Positions 29,682-39,635 are shown, counted from the first letter of the whole stretch. The stretch is 63,899 nt of DNA, filler included, from 6 parts of 6 records of this genome joined end to end with filler, not necessarily neighbours in it, one strand, 5' to 3'. Made by a program: numbers and translations. Notes: generated by a model from the letters alone, not told the origin.

Positions 29682-29697
29682 TGTTTCACGTGAAACT
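29682..29697. promoter_or_regulatory. Second parS site
   Basis: TGTTTCACGTGAAACT (15/16 match), overlapping the ybeY stop codon. Confidence 0.85.
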
Positions 29698-30115
29698 ATC
29701 TTTTAATTAAATTTTTAGTTTCTTCTTCTCTCATCTCCATTTCCTCCTTTTCTGATTTATCATTAAATCCCAACAGATGCAAAACACCATGAACCATCAC
29801 CCGACAAAGCTCATCATAAACTGATTTATTTCCAAAACTTTCAGCATTATCCATAACTCTTTCATAACTAATGAACATATCTCCACTTACAACATTTCCA
29901 TCATTATAATTAAACGTAATGATGTCCGTGTAATAATCATGGTTTAAATGTTCCTTATTCATCTTTAACAAATACTCATCAGAACAAAAAATATAGCTCA
30001 ATGAACCAGGCTTTTTATTATAATCTTTCACCACACCAGATATCCATAAACTAAAAAATTCCGGATTAAAGTCCGGAATTTCAATATCTATAAATGTATA
30101 TTCAATTTCACTCAT
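29696..30115 (-). CDS. ybeY: rRNA maturation RNase YbeY
   Basis: N..HLNHDYYTDIITF, GDMFIS, RVMVHGVLHLLGF. Confidence 0.93.
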   Translation of the reverse strand: MSEIEYTFIDIEIPDFNPEFFSLWISGVVKDYNKKPGSLSYIFCSDEYLLKMNKEHLNHDYYTDIITFNYNDGNVVSGDMFISYERVMDNAESFGNKSVYDELCRVMVHGVLHLLGFNDKSEKEEMEMREEETKNLIKR

Positions 30116-30506
30116 TCATTGCAAAGGTAATACTAACTTTTGAACCATTATTGTCAAATTCTACCGCATCACTTAAATTCTTCATTAAGAAAATTCCTCT
30201 TCCATCTGGTTTCTCGATATTTTCAGGAGCAGTTGGATCTGGTAAATTTTCGAAATCAAAACCAACACCTTGGTCTTCTATAGAAAAAATAACTCCTTCG
30301 TTGTTCTTCTGCACATTCACCTTTACAAGCTTTTCTTCAACACTACCGTTCCCATGAACAATAGCATTATTTACAGCTTCAGTTACAGCAATTAAAATGT
30401 TCCCGTAATTATCTTCGTTCAAGCTCAAATCCTCACACACTTTATCTATAAGTGCCTCCACCTCGTTAATCTTATTTAAACTTGATGCAATCTCAATACT
30501 GTGCAT
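30108..30506 (-). CDS. RsbW/SpoIIAB-like anti-sigma-factor Ser kinase (HATPase_c)
   Basis: AVTEAVNNAIVHG (N box), D.G.GFD (G1), GRGIFLM (G2). Confidence 0.85.
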   Translation of the reverse strand: MHSIEIASSLNKINEVEALIDKVCEDLSLNEDNYGNILIAVTEAVNNAIVHGNGSVEEKLVKVNVQKNNEGVIFSIEDQGVGFDFENLPDPTAPENIEKPDGRGIFLMKNLSDAVEFDNNGSKVSITFAMNE

Positions 30507-30511
30507 TTATT

Positions 30512-30709
30512 CTAATTATTTACAGAGTTAAAATATTCATTCACCAAGGTCTTATAATAGACCTGAAGACCGATAGGCAAGGAGCGTAAAAACTCCAATT
30601 CTGCGTTCTTCTTTTTATTATACTCTGTAAATTCTATTAGGTTACCTTCTTCGTTATTTTTTCCTTCTTTAGCTTCTCTTTCTTCACTAAACCCTCTTTC
30701 CCTAATGGC
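30512..30709 (-). CDS. 3' end of a large gene (DUF4175-like), truncated by contig end
   Basis: Open frame AIRERGFSEEREAK...LEFLRSLPIGLQVYYKTLVNEYFN* resembles the C-terminus of the gene usually upstream of ybeY in Bacteroidota. Confidence 0.6.
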   Translation of the reverse strand, partial: AIRERGFSEEREAKEGKNNEEGNLIEFTEYNKKKNAELEFLRSLPIGLQVYYKTLVNEYFNSVNN

Positions 30710-30809
30710 NNNNNNNNNNNNNNNNNNNNNNNNNNNNNNNNNNNNNNNNNNNNTTAATTAATTAANNNNNNNNNNNNNNNNNNNNNNNNNNNNNNNNNNN
30801 NNNNNNNNN
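30710..30809. other. Artificial contig-joining spacer
   Basis: 44 N + TTAATTAATTAA (stops in all frames) + 44 N; composition shifts abruptly across it. Confidence 0.98.
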
Positions 30810-30840
30810 GACTCAACGCAATGACTCAACGCAAAGACTC
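30810..30840. repeat. 13-bp tandem repeat at contig edge
   Basis: GACTCAACGCAAT-GACTCAACGCAAA-GACTC. Confidence 0.7.
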
Positions 30841-31035
30841 CAGGCGAGGCGCCCTGAGTAATCGATAACCGGCCGCAAACGTGTCGTTATGGTATACGAT
30901 TTAATCACCGAATCTCACAACCTCCCCACTAGGCAACACCAATGGTTGGAATTTGGCTTGGCTGCACGCGGCGGAGTCCGCTGCAGAAAATGAACGGGAA
31001 TGCAACAGAATATAAGCAAGAGAATATAAACAGAC

Positions 31036-31060
31036 GCAGCCCGGTGTCAGGCCGGGCTGC
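31036..31060 (-). terminator. Probable terminator hairpin of ndh
   Basis: GCAGCCCGG-N7-CCGGGCTGC downstream of the ndh stop. Confidence 0.6.
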
Positions 31061-31107
31061 AGAAAATAGAACAATTGCTTAAATGCAATGAGCAATCAAG
31101 TCCAAGC

Positions 31108-32526
31108 TTATGATGAAACCTCAGGAGCCACTGACTGCGGCGCAGCAGCCCTTTCAGCTACGACAGATTCAGCCCCGGAAGATTCACCCACGACAGATTC
31201 GGCCATGGCAGATTCGGCCACGGCCTGGGCCGCATTCCCCTCCCGCCGGGACTTGCGCGGAGTGAAGGGGCGCACAATCAACCTGGTTCCACGGTCATAA
31301 CTAAAGTAATTCCAGACCCAGTTGACCAGAACCACCAATCTGTTGCGGAAACCGATCAGATACAGAATGTGAACAAACATCCACATCATCCAGGCAAAAA
31401 AGCCGCTGAAGCGCAAAGAGCCGACTTCAGCTACAGCGCGGTTGCGCCCAATCGTAGCCATTGCGCCCTTGTCCCTGTAGAGAAACTTCTTCTGCTCGCG
31501 ACCCTGCAAGCGGCGCTGCAAATTATCTGCCAGGCGCTCGGCTTGCTGCACCGCCACAGGCGCAACCATCGGATGTCCGTCGGGAAAGACGTCGGTCGGC
31601 ATCAGCGCTGCGTCTCCGATGGCATAAATGTTTTGGCGGCCATTGACCTGACTGAATCGATCGACGCGCATGCGTTTGTCATTTGCGGGTTTTTCGGCCA
31701 CGCCTTCAACGTCACGCCCCTGCACTCCGGCGGACCAGATCAGCGCCTCAGTCCGCAAATCTGCTGACGCATTGGTTTTTATTCTGGGACGCTCATACGC
31801 TTCCACACGCGTGTTAAGCCAGACGTCTACACCCAAATTGCGCAGATCTGAAGCGGCGTTGCGCGAAGCTTCGACGGACATTGTGGGCAGCACGCGGTCG
31901 GCAGCTTCAATTAAATGAATACGCATGCGGCGGAGATCCAGCTCGGGATAATCGCGCGGCAGGATGTGTTTTTTGAGTTCAGCCAGTGCGCCCGCAGTTT
32001 CGACTCCGGTCGGTCCGGCGCCAACAATTGCAAAAGTCATCAGAGCTTCGCGTTTTTCGAGGTCGGACGTCAGCAGTGCGCGTTCAAAGTTTTGCAGAAT
32101 CAGCGAACGCAGGTCGAGCGCTTCGGGAATGTTTTTGAGTCCCAGACTGGCTTCTTCGACCGACTCCAGCCCAAAGTAATTGGTTTCACTGCCGGTAGCG
32201 ATTACGAGCATATCATAATGTACTTCGCCGATGCTGGTGTGCAGCATTTGCGCGTCACTATCTACTCGCTGAACTTCGGCCATGCGGAAAATCAGATTTT
32301 TCTGGTCTTTAAACAGCTTGCGCAGCGGAAACGCGATTGAGTCAGGCTCCAGTCCGGCGGTTGCCACCTGGTACAGCAATGGCTGGAAGGTATGGTAATT
32401 ATCCAGGTCAAACAGCACAATCTGGACGTCGGCTCTACGGAGTTTTTTCGCCAGCGTAATCCCACCAAATCCACCGCCAACAATTACAATGCGCGGCAGG
32501 GTCGTATCGGGAATATTCACCTTCAT
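31108..32526 (-). CDS. ndh: Type II NADH:quinone oxidoreductase
   Basis: IVIVGGGFGG, FQPLLYQVAT, IVGAGPTGVE.AG, YAIGD, YRDKGAMATIGR, W..VH; repeat-derived low-complexity tail. Confidence 0.9.
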   Translation of the reverse strand: MKVNIPDTTLPRIVIVGGGFGGITLAKKLRRADVQIVLFDLDNYHTFQPLLYQVATAGLEPDSIAFPLRKLFKDQKNLIFRMAEVQRVDSDAQMLHTSIGEVHYDMLVIATGSETNYFGLESVEEASLGLKNIPEALDLRSLILQNFERALLTSDLEKREALMTFAIVGAGPTGVETAGALAELKKHILPRDYPELDLRRMRIHLIEAADRVLPTMSVEASRNAASDLRNLGVDVWLNTRVEAYERPRIKTNASADLRTEALIWSAGVQGRDVEGVAEKPANDKRMRVDRFSQVNGRQNIYAIGDAALMPTDVFPDGHPMVAPVAVQQAERLADNLQRRLQGREQKKFLYRDKGAMATIGRNRAVAEVGSLRFSGFFAWMMWMFVHILYLIGFRNRLVVLVNWVWNYFSYDRGTRLIVRPFTPRKSRREGNAAQAVAESAMAESVVGESSGAESVVAERAAAPQSVAPEVSS

Positions 32527-32912
32527 AATCGGCTCTCCAATGTGAGAATATGATCATGTACATTGACGCATTTGACCAGCGCTACGTGCACGTATCGCTT
32601 CTTTTTGAGCGCTTCGCTTGGTTTTGTTTTGCACCGGGCCACAAGCTGTAAACATTTGAGTCCGCCGCAAGCCATTAAGACTTGCAGCGGAAGTAAGCGA
32701 CTGTCCTGAGGCGCGACATCAAAAGTCAGGCAGTTTGTATTTAAACTGTGTGCATTGCAGTTTCGGGTACATTAACTAACAAGAAATTCATTCTGCCTGC
32801 TCAGAAAAAGCAAGCCACGCTTTCTTCGGCGGGGCGCTGCAACAGCCCAAATGTTAAACGGATTTGGGTCAACGCCAGGCTATGAGAACAAGACATCCGG
32901 AGAACCCACGCG

Positions 32913-33728
32913 ATGCCGCAAGAATCCAATACTCAAGAGAAACGTGCGCGGCGACGTACCGCAGCTATGACTTTGCTCCTGACCTGCCTGCCACTGACTG
33001 TGCTGGTGGGAGCCCTTAGCGCATTCCTGTTTGCGGCTTCGCTGGAAAACAATTCCGCCCTGGCGCTGGATGCGCTGCGCAATCGCGCACAGGGACTGGT
33101 AGATGGAGCCGAAGGCGCGCGTGATTTTGTGAGTTATCAGGCTCACAGACAAGTATTTGCCGACAGTCTGGAATACATGTCTGTGGACAAAATTCTGTTT
33201 ACGGTTCCAATTTTTGCCGCCATGCGTGCAATACAATCAAATGCAGATGAGCTGGGCATCCAGGTCAGAGTTCCCTCCGCACCATCGGTAGTTCCACGCA
33301 ATCCAGACAATACGCCAGACCGGTTCCAGACAAAGATTCTGCAGATGTTTAAGCAGAATCCGGCCATTGCGGAATTTGACACCCTTGTTGCGGAAACGGC
33401 AACGCTGCACTACTTCCGGCCGGTGCATCTTACGGAAGACTGCCTTAGTTGCCACGGTGATCCGGCCAGGTCGGCTGAATATTGGGGAAAGGATTTTGAT
33501 CGAGGTACTGACATCCTGGGATTTAGGATGGAAAATATGCGCAGCGGTGATTTAAAGGGGGCATTTGAAATCATTGTTGACACACGCGATGTGCAATCCG
33601 GGGCCGCACGGGCGGCGGCGCCTATTCTAATGTTTGGTGGTGGACTGGCAGCACTCCTGGGCCTGACATCTCTCATGGCCGTAGTGATCATGATCAGTTC
33701 TGGCAAAACACGCGAACCTGGCGCATGA
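32913..33728 (+). CDS. Two-TM protein with DUF3365/Tll0287-like periplasmic c-heme sensor domain and no output domain
   Basis: TM - PRNPDNTPD - YFRPV - CLSCH - GDLKGAFEI - TM - stop. Confidence 0.85.
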   Translation: MPQESNTQEKRARRRTAAMTLLLTCLPLTVLVGALSAFLFAASLENNSALALDALRNRAQGLVDGAEGARDFVSYQAHRQVFADSLEYMSVDKILFTVPIFAAMRAIQSNADELGIQVRVPSAPSVVPRNPDNTPDRFQTKILQMFKQNPAIAEFDTLVAETATLHYFRPVHLTEDCLSCHGDPARSAEYWGKDFDRGTDILGFRMENMRSGDLKGAFEIIVDTRDVQSGAARAAAPILMFGGGLAALLGLTSLMAVVIMISSGKTREPGA

Positions 33729-33743
33729 AACAGGCACGGCCGG

Positions 33744-33785
33744 AAAAAAACAAAGCTGCGCCGATATGAAATCGACGCAGCTTTG
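33744..33785. terminator. Terminator between the heme-c gene and tRNA-Ser
   Basis: CAAAGCTGCG...CGCAGCTTTG stem with an A7 run (U-tract on the minus strand). Confidence 0.75.
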
Positions 33786-33791
33786 AATGTG

Positions 33792-33878
33792 CAGAAAGAG
33801 GGGGATTCGAACCCCCGGTACCCGTGAAGGTACACTCGCTTTCCAGGCGAGCCCGTTCAACCACTCCGGCACCTTTCT
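33792..33878 (-). tRNA. tRNA-Ser(GGA)
   Basis: Acceptor AGAAAGG/TCTTTCT, anticodon arm CTCGC-CTGGAAA-GCGAG, long variable arm, GGTTCGAATCC T-arm; CCA not encoded. Confidence 0.96.
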
Positions 33879-34475
33879 GTAATAGGCCGCTTAAAAAGAG
33901 CTTCGAAAATACGACTTTCCATTTGATTTACAATCATAAAAGTGACTGAAAACGGGCGATAGTACGAAATCGTAATAAAACTGTAATAAATCGGCATGGG
34001 TCACTAAACAGAAGCCGAAAAACTTTCCCCACTCTTTCTTTATGATTGTATATTAACGCCATCACGTGACAGGCGGCTCCCAGGACTGAGGGAAGCTAGA
34101 TGCAGTTACTGGAGCCGGGACGTGAATTTCCAACATGATTTTTAACACGCACGCGTTTGAGCGCGCACGTTTAAGTTCGTATCTCCAATTGCTTAGCGCA
34201 TTCTCCGGAGCCGAAAGCCATACTAATGCTTCCGCGCCGGCGTACGCTATTTGGAGCCGCAACATTGAACTTAAAGGTTGCTGCATGTAACGTTTCCGGG
34301 TTTGCAGAGGCACATTCCAACTTCCGGCGCTTCTCCATTCCAGTGGTGGGCAATCCCCATTTGATTTCGAATGGGCTTGATTGATTAGCCCGCCGCTCAC
34401 GCTAACATTGATCAATAATCTAATTGAAGTCGTTCCTGCACATTTACTCAACACCGATTTTCGGCGAGGTTCTTC

Positions 34476-36533
34476 ATGAAGTTTTGGCATCGCTTACGCA
34501 TTCGCTATAAGATTGTGCTACCAATTGCGATTGTTTCGATTCTGTCTGGGTTTTACACGTATGTCCATTTCTCAAATCACGAACGTGAACTGGCCATGGC
34601 AGACATGGAGCACCAGGCACACGTATTGGTACTGGCCGCCGAAAGCGCCAGAAATTATGTTGCCGATCAGGGCAAACATAAAATTTTTACAGACTACACC
34701 GATTCTACGAAGAGGTATACAGAAGAGCAGGTGCTTCACTCTGTACCTATCTTTGCAGCAATGCAGGTTACCAAAGCCAAAGCAGATGAATTGGGGATAA
34801 AAATTCGCGTGCCGTCTTCTCCAAAAGTAGACCCTCGTGATCCTGACAATGCACCAGATGCAATGCAGGAAAGTGTCCTCAATCAGTTTGTGGCAAACTC
34901 GCGTACCCAGGAAATCGATACGATAATTGAGTCTTCAAACACTTATCACTTTTTTCGGCGAATTGACTTATCGTCTGACTGTTTGGCCTGCCATGGAGAC
35001 CCAGCAACGTCTGCCGAACATTGGGGACCGCGATTTAGCGAGGGCAAAGACATTACCGGTACCATGATGGAAAACATGAGTGAAGGCGACCTCAAGGGTG
35101 CTTTTGAGATTATTTACGATCTGGGGCCGGTTGAGAAAGCCGTTCAGGCCGAAGTTAATGTGATCCTCATGATTGCCGCGGGTACGACCCTTGCTCTAAT
35201 CTTGCTTGCTTTCCTGATTGCACACATTGTTGGCAAACCAATTGTCATTTTGGAAAAAGCAGCGAAAGAGTTTACCGACGGCAATACTGACGTGCAGGTG
35301 GATGTCAAGAGCGAAGATGAGTTGGGCACGCTGGCGAACTCATTTAATGCGATGACGCTCGCCGTCAACGAGTCGATGGCCGATGCCATGCGGAAAAACG
35401 AGGCCGCTGAGCAGGCCGCATTTGATGCTGACGTCTCCAAGAAAGAGGTAGAAGCCCAGCAGCAGTACCTCAGCGAAAAAGTCGATACCATGCTTGCCGC
35501 TATGAACCACTTTGCCAGTGGTAATCTGGATGTGCACCTGGATATTGATCGCAAGGATGAAATTGGCAAACTCTTTGAAGGTTTTAACGGTGCTGTCTCC
35601 AACATTCGCACTGTGATCGGCAAAGTCCAGGAAGCCGCCGATGCGGTAGCCAGTGCCAGCCTTGAAATTTCGGCAAGCACGGATCAGATTGCTGCCGGAG
35701 CCTCGGGACAGTCCGAACGCGTCATGGAAATTGCTTCGGCAATTGAAGAGATGACGGCGACAATTATGGATACCTCGCGCAACGCTTCAATAGCAGCCGA
35801 GACGTCCGAAAGTGCCAGCAACAGCGCAATCCACGGAGCCGAAAAGGTTTCCGAGACGCGCTCAGGCATGGACAACATTGTGACCCTGACCGCCAATACC
35901 GGCAAAGTCGTTGGCTCGCTGACGTCTAAAACCGAGCAGATTGGCAAAATCACGCAGGTAATTGATGAAATTGCCGACCAGACCAACCTTCTGGCACTTA
36001 ATGCAGCGATTGAAGCTGCACGTGCCGGTGAGCAAGGTCGCGGTTTTGCTGTGGTAGCCGACGAAGTCCGTAAACTTGCTGAGCGCACAACCAAGGCGAC
36101 CAAAGAAATTGCCGAAACGATTGAAGCAATTCAGGGCGAGGCCGTTGAGGCCAACCGCTCAATGGAAGATGCTTCACAGGCTGTCAACGACGGCCTGCGC
36201 CTGACGGAAGAAGTTGAGTCAGCGCTCAACGACATCCTGGAAGGCTCACGTGCGGTGGTCGATATTATCGCACAGGTAGCTGCCGCCAGTGAAGAACAGC
36301 ACACAACCAGCTCGTCGATCAGTGAAAACGTCGAAAACATTTCTGCGGTCACGCAGCAATCGGCAACCGGAACGCAGGAAATCGCACGGACGGCAGACGA
36401 CCTCAGTCGCCTGACGGAGAATCTGCAGTCCGTCACGAGTCAGTTTGTGCTTGACACAAGTGGCAACTCGGATCGTCGCCTGCCATCGGCAGGACAGCAG
36501 CAGCTCATGAGCGGCGAGGACGATTACGCCTAA
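34476..36533 (+). CDS. Methyl-accepting chemotaxis protein with periplasmic c-heme (DUF3365-like) sensor and two HAMP domains
   Basis: CLACH, TM2, HAMPs (EDELG.L, KDEIG.L), MCP hairpin [38 protein letters not shown]. Confidence 0.95.
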   Translation: MKFWHRLRIRYKIVLPIAIVSILSGFYTYVHFSNHERELAMADMEHQAHVLVLAAESARNYVADQGKHKIFTDYTDSTKRYTEEQVLHSVPIFAAMQVTKAKADELGIKIRVPSSPKVDPRDPDNAPDAMQESVLNQFVANSRTQEIDTIIESSNTYHFFRRIDLSSDCLACHGDPATSAEHWGPRFSEGKDITGTMMENMSEGDLKGAFEIIYDLGPVEKAVQAEVNVILMIAAGTTLALILLAFLIAHIVGKPIVILEKAAKEFTDGNTDVQVDVKSEDELGTLANSFNAMTLAVNESMADAMRKNEAAEQAAFDADVSKKEVEAQQQYLSEKVDTMLAAMNHFASGNLDVHLDIDRKDEIGKLFEGFNGAVSNIRTVIGKVQEAADAVASASLEISASTDQIAAGASGQSERVMEIASAIEEMTATIMDTSRNASIAAETSESASNSAIHGAEKVSETRSGMDNIVTLTANTGKVVGSLTSKTEQIGKITQVIDEIADQTNLLALNAAIEAARAGEQGRGFAVVADEVRKLAERTTKATKEIAETIEAIQGEAVEANRSMEDASQAVNDGLRLTEEVESALNDILEGSRAVVDIIAQVAAASEEQHTTSSSISENVENISAVTQQSATGTQEIARTADDLSRLTENLQSVTSQFVLDTSGNSDRRLPSAGQQQLMSGEDDYA

Positions 36534-36601
36534 GCCAGAATGATTGTACGTCCCCCCCAGCACTAGACTTAGACTTGTCTAAGTCGAATGATTGATACGA
36601 T

Positions 36602-36642
36602 ACAAGCCCCGGAGTTTCCGCACTCCGGGGCTTGTGTTTTTT
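36602..36642 (+). terminator. Intrinsic terminator of the MCP gene
   Basis: ACAAGCCCCGGAGT-loop-ACTCCGGGGCTTGT followed by GTTTTTT. Confidence 0.85.
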
Positions 36643-36735
36643 AGAAGGTTAGCTGATTGTGTAGATCAAAGGCAGGCCTTGTATTTGTGGTGTAACGTTT
36701 TTGGGCGGATGTTGGTTTTTAAATGAATGAAAAAA

Positions 36736-36759
36736 CCGGGTCGAGCCCTAAGGGCTCGA
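36736..36759. repeat. GC-rich palindrome at end of contig 2 (shared with end of contig 5)
   Basis: CCGGGTCGAGCCC-TAA-GGGCTCGA, truncated by the gap. Confidence 0.75.
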
Positions 36760-36859
36760 NNNNNNNNNNNNNNNNNNNNNNNNNNNNNNNNNNNNNNNNN
36801 NNNTTAATTAATTAANNNNNNNNNNNNNNNNNNNNNNNNNNNNNNNNNNNNNNNNNNNN
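36760..36859. other. Artificial contig-joining spacer
   Basis: 44 N + TTAATTAATTAA + 44 N. Confidence 0.98.
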
Positions 36860-38217
36860 TCCGCCACAACCCAGATGGCTTCCTGCAGGTACACGGATTC
36901 GTCCCGGCTCCGGTCTGCACCAGCAAGGGCATCGGTCTCTGAGGTAATGCCGCGGGTCACGATCTGCATGACGGCATCCTCTACCCCCAGCACGGAATCC
37001 GCCAGACGATAGAGCTCTTCCTCCGCTGGCAGGCGGTTTTCCTCTTCCCATTTACGCAGTTTGGCCGCTTCTTCACGGGAAATACCGGCCAGGCGGTTCA
37101 GATCGAGCATCACCAGCGTATTGGCCAGGCGCTCCAGAGTGTCGGCAATCGAGGCAAGTTCGGCCAGATCCGGTTCTATTCCGCGCTCGATGATGTCCAG
37201 CTTGTCTTTCAGCTGATTAAGCTCTTCCTGCAAGGCTTCAGACAGGGATTTGAGCACGTCCGTGCCAGGGCCATAGAGGCGCCGGGAATGAGCCTCAAGA
37301 AGTGCGTCCGGGAATTCGGCAGGACCGAGCTGATAAGCAGAGAGTACCCGCGTCACCTCAGGGTTGGCTGAGCCACTGCGGTAAAGCAGATAGACCAGAT
37401 CTTTGATCAGCGATTCGGGGGCGTCCTTGGCGGTAGCTACCTTGCCGACATACACCACTTCCCGCGCGTATTTCTCGATTCGCATCAGCAGACGTTTGCG
37501 GGCCTTGCTAAAGCCCATGGCACGATCCAGCATGGTATCGGAGACCAACGCCAGCAGGCACCACATCTGCCCCATAGGCGCCCCCTGACACAGCCGTGCG
37601 AGACCACGGGCAGCCCTGGCAATGAGCTTCTTGCTAACCGCTTCGTTGCGCTCGCGGAGAATGCCGAGCAGTGCCACCTGGAAGGTCAGGCGCATGCGAC
37701 GGGCCAGGATTTCATATTCAGACTCTGCATCATCCATGGGCCTCAGCCCCAGATCGCTGCAAAAGTCCGGGCGCTCCTTGATGTCGATATCAAAGAAGCA
37801 GGATTCGGGATAAGGTTTCTCACGACGGGCTTCACGCAGATCATTGATCACGGGCAGCAGCAGCTCGGGATGATCTTCACGTTGCTGATGGTAGTACTCG
37901 ACGTAACGGCGGAGAATGAATAGCGCGCTGTTAAGTGCTGTCAGCAGTATATTCTTGTCGTCGTTGGCACCAACCGGCACATCATTGGCGAGATTAACCG
38001 CCTCCTGGCAAAGCAGGGTTCCGCCCCGGAGCTCCACCAGAATGAAGATTCCCCGAAGCTGGTTCAGGTAATCAACACAGTTCTGCAGATCTTCCCCGCT
38101 CTCGCGGTTTTCCTGAAAGCGCTCAAGGCTGGATTCTGCCTGCTTGATGGTCTGTTCGATTTCACTTTTGACCAGATCAAACGACTGCGATTTCGTCGCC
38201 AGAGACGATTGAACCAT
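36860..38217 (-). CDS. fimL: FimL-like scaffold protein (homologous to the ChpA N-terminus), 3'-truncated
   Basis: SFDLVKSEIEQTI...LNQLRG...PELLLPVINDLR..R, GP....L..LS.ALQEEL..LKD.LD helical pattern; fimL lies near dnaQ-rnhA-gloB-mltD in Pseudomonas. Confidence 0.65.
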
Positions 38218-38427
38218 AAACGCTTCCTGTTAATTTGCGGAGACTACCGCATCCTGTTCATGAACTGCAGCCTGCATACGGGCAGGTCCTTCCTGTTCAG
38301 CGAGGCAGCCCTTGCCCATACCTGAACGGTTCGCAAAAAACTGGCGAACTTATCATTACTTATAACACAAAACTCAAGTAGCTCAAGAAAGCCGGAATGT
38401 AACAAATGGTACAGCTGAACGTGGTTC

Positions 38428-39138
38428 TCATTCTGTTGCCTGCAACCCGGACCACACCGTTTCGCCGGCCTGCTTCTCCATCATCGCCATGAACTCATCA
38501 TGGGCAGAGGCTTCATCACTGGTGGCCCGAACCACCGCCAACGGCGCGCGCTCACCGGAGATCCGGCGAATACCGCCATCGCCACCTTCATCGCCGGAGC
38601 CGGCATCCAGGGACAGCGCGGTCTGGCCGCCGGTCATCAGCAGATAGACGTCTGCCAGGATCTCGGCGTCCAGCAATGCCCCGTGAAGGTCACGGTTGGA
38701 GTTATCCACTCCATAGCGCTTGCACAGGGCGTCGAGATTGTTTTTCTGGCCCGGATGCTTTTTCCTGGCAATGGCCAGTGAATCGACAATACCGCAGTGG
38801 TCTGCTGTTTTCCGAACCGGTTTCAGGCGGGCGAATTCGGAGTCCATGAAGCCCACGTCGAACGCGGCGTTATGGATGACCAGCTCTGCGCCCTTGATGA
38901 ACTCAAAGAACTCGTCGGCAACCTCCGCAAACTTTGGCTTGTCGGCCAGAAATTCGTTGGTGATACCGTGAACGGTGATAGCCTCCGCTTCTACCTCCCG
39001 CTCAGGGTTAATGTATACGTGATAGTTGCGACCGGTCAGCTCGCGTTCGATCACTTCCACACAACCAATTTCGATAATGCGGTGACCTTCGTTCGGATCA
39101 ATACCCGTGGTTTCGGTATCCAGTACGATCTGTCTCAT
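38428..39138 (-). CDS. dnaQ: DNA polymerase III epsilon subunit
   Basis: LDTETTG, HNAAFD, HGALLDA, MTGGQ. Confidence 0.97.
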   Translation of the reverse strand: MRQIVLDTETTGIDPNEGHRIIEIGCVEVIERELTGRNYHVYINPEREVEAEAITVHGITNEFLADKPKFAEVADEFFEFIKGAELVIHNAAFDVGFMDSEFARLKPVRKTADHCGIVDSLAIARKKHPGQKNNLDALCKRYGVDNSNRDLHGALLDAEILADVYLLMTGGQTALSLDAGSGDEGGDGGIRRISGERAPLAVVRATSDEASAHDEFMAMMEKQAGETVWSGLQATE

Positions 39139-39191
39139 GCAACTGCGCTCTCACTCACTGCTCATTAATCGGTTTTCCAGGGGGCCAGGGT

Positions 39192-39635
39192 TCAGGCCCC
39201 GTTCAGTTCGCGGACTCCGCGGTTGGCCAACTCATCCGCCAACTCGTTATCAGGATGCCCTGAATGACCCTTCACCCAATGCCAGTTAACGGTGTGTCTG
39301 GCAGTTTCAGCATCGAGCTCCTGCCACAGATCCGCATTCTTGACCGGTTTTTTTGCCGAGGTTTTCCAGCCATTGCGCTTCCAGCCGCTCATCCATTCGG
39401 TAATGCCCTTGCGCACGTATTGTGAGTCCGTATACAGCTCCACCTGGCAAGCGCGCTTGAGCTCCCTCAAGCCTCGAATGGCCGCCATCAGCTCCATTCG
39501 GTTGTTGGTGGTTTGCAACTCGCCACCGTGCATGGTCTTGCACGCATCGCCATAGCGCAACACAACACCCCAACCCCCGGGCCCCGGATTACCTTTACAG
39601 GCTCCGTCGGTATACATCACTACCTTACCAGCCAT
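39192..39635 (-). CDS. rnhA: Ribonuclease HI
   Basis: [42 protein letters not shown]. Confidence 0.98.
   Translation of the reverse strand: MAGKVVMYTDGACKGNPGPGGWGVVLRYGDACKTMHGGELQTTNNRMELMAAIRGLRELKRACQVELYTDSQYVRKGITEWMSGWKRNGWKTSAKKPVKNADLWQELDAETARHTVNWHWVKGHSGHPDNELADELANRGVRELNGA

Noticed and set aside
30754-30765. TTAATTAATTAA palindrome occurring five times, as a biological repeat or CRISPR-like element
   Set aside because: It is always centred in 88 Ns, so it is a synthetic all-frame stop linker. ORFs 36808-38217 and 41522-42349 end there artificially.
33792-33878. tRNA-Ser or tRNA-Gly as an integration site for a mobile element
   Set aside because: No integrase and no duplicated tRNA 3' end are visible. 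The 3' side of tRNA-Gly is lost in the gap and cannot be assessed.
34062-34490. 142-aa minus-strand ORF between tRNA-Ser and the MCP
   Set aside because: It overlaps the MCP start and promoter region and has no protein-like features.
34476-38217. MCP plus FimL-like gene as a single chemosensory cluster
   Set aside because: They are separated by a spacer and come from different organisms.
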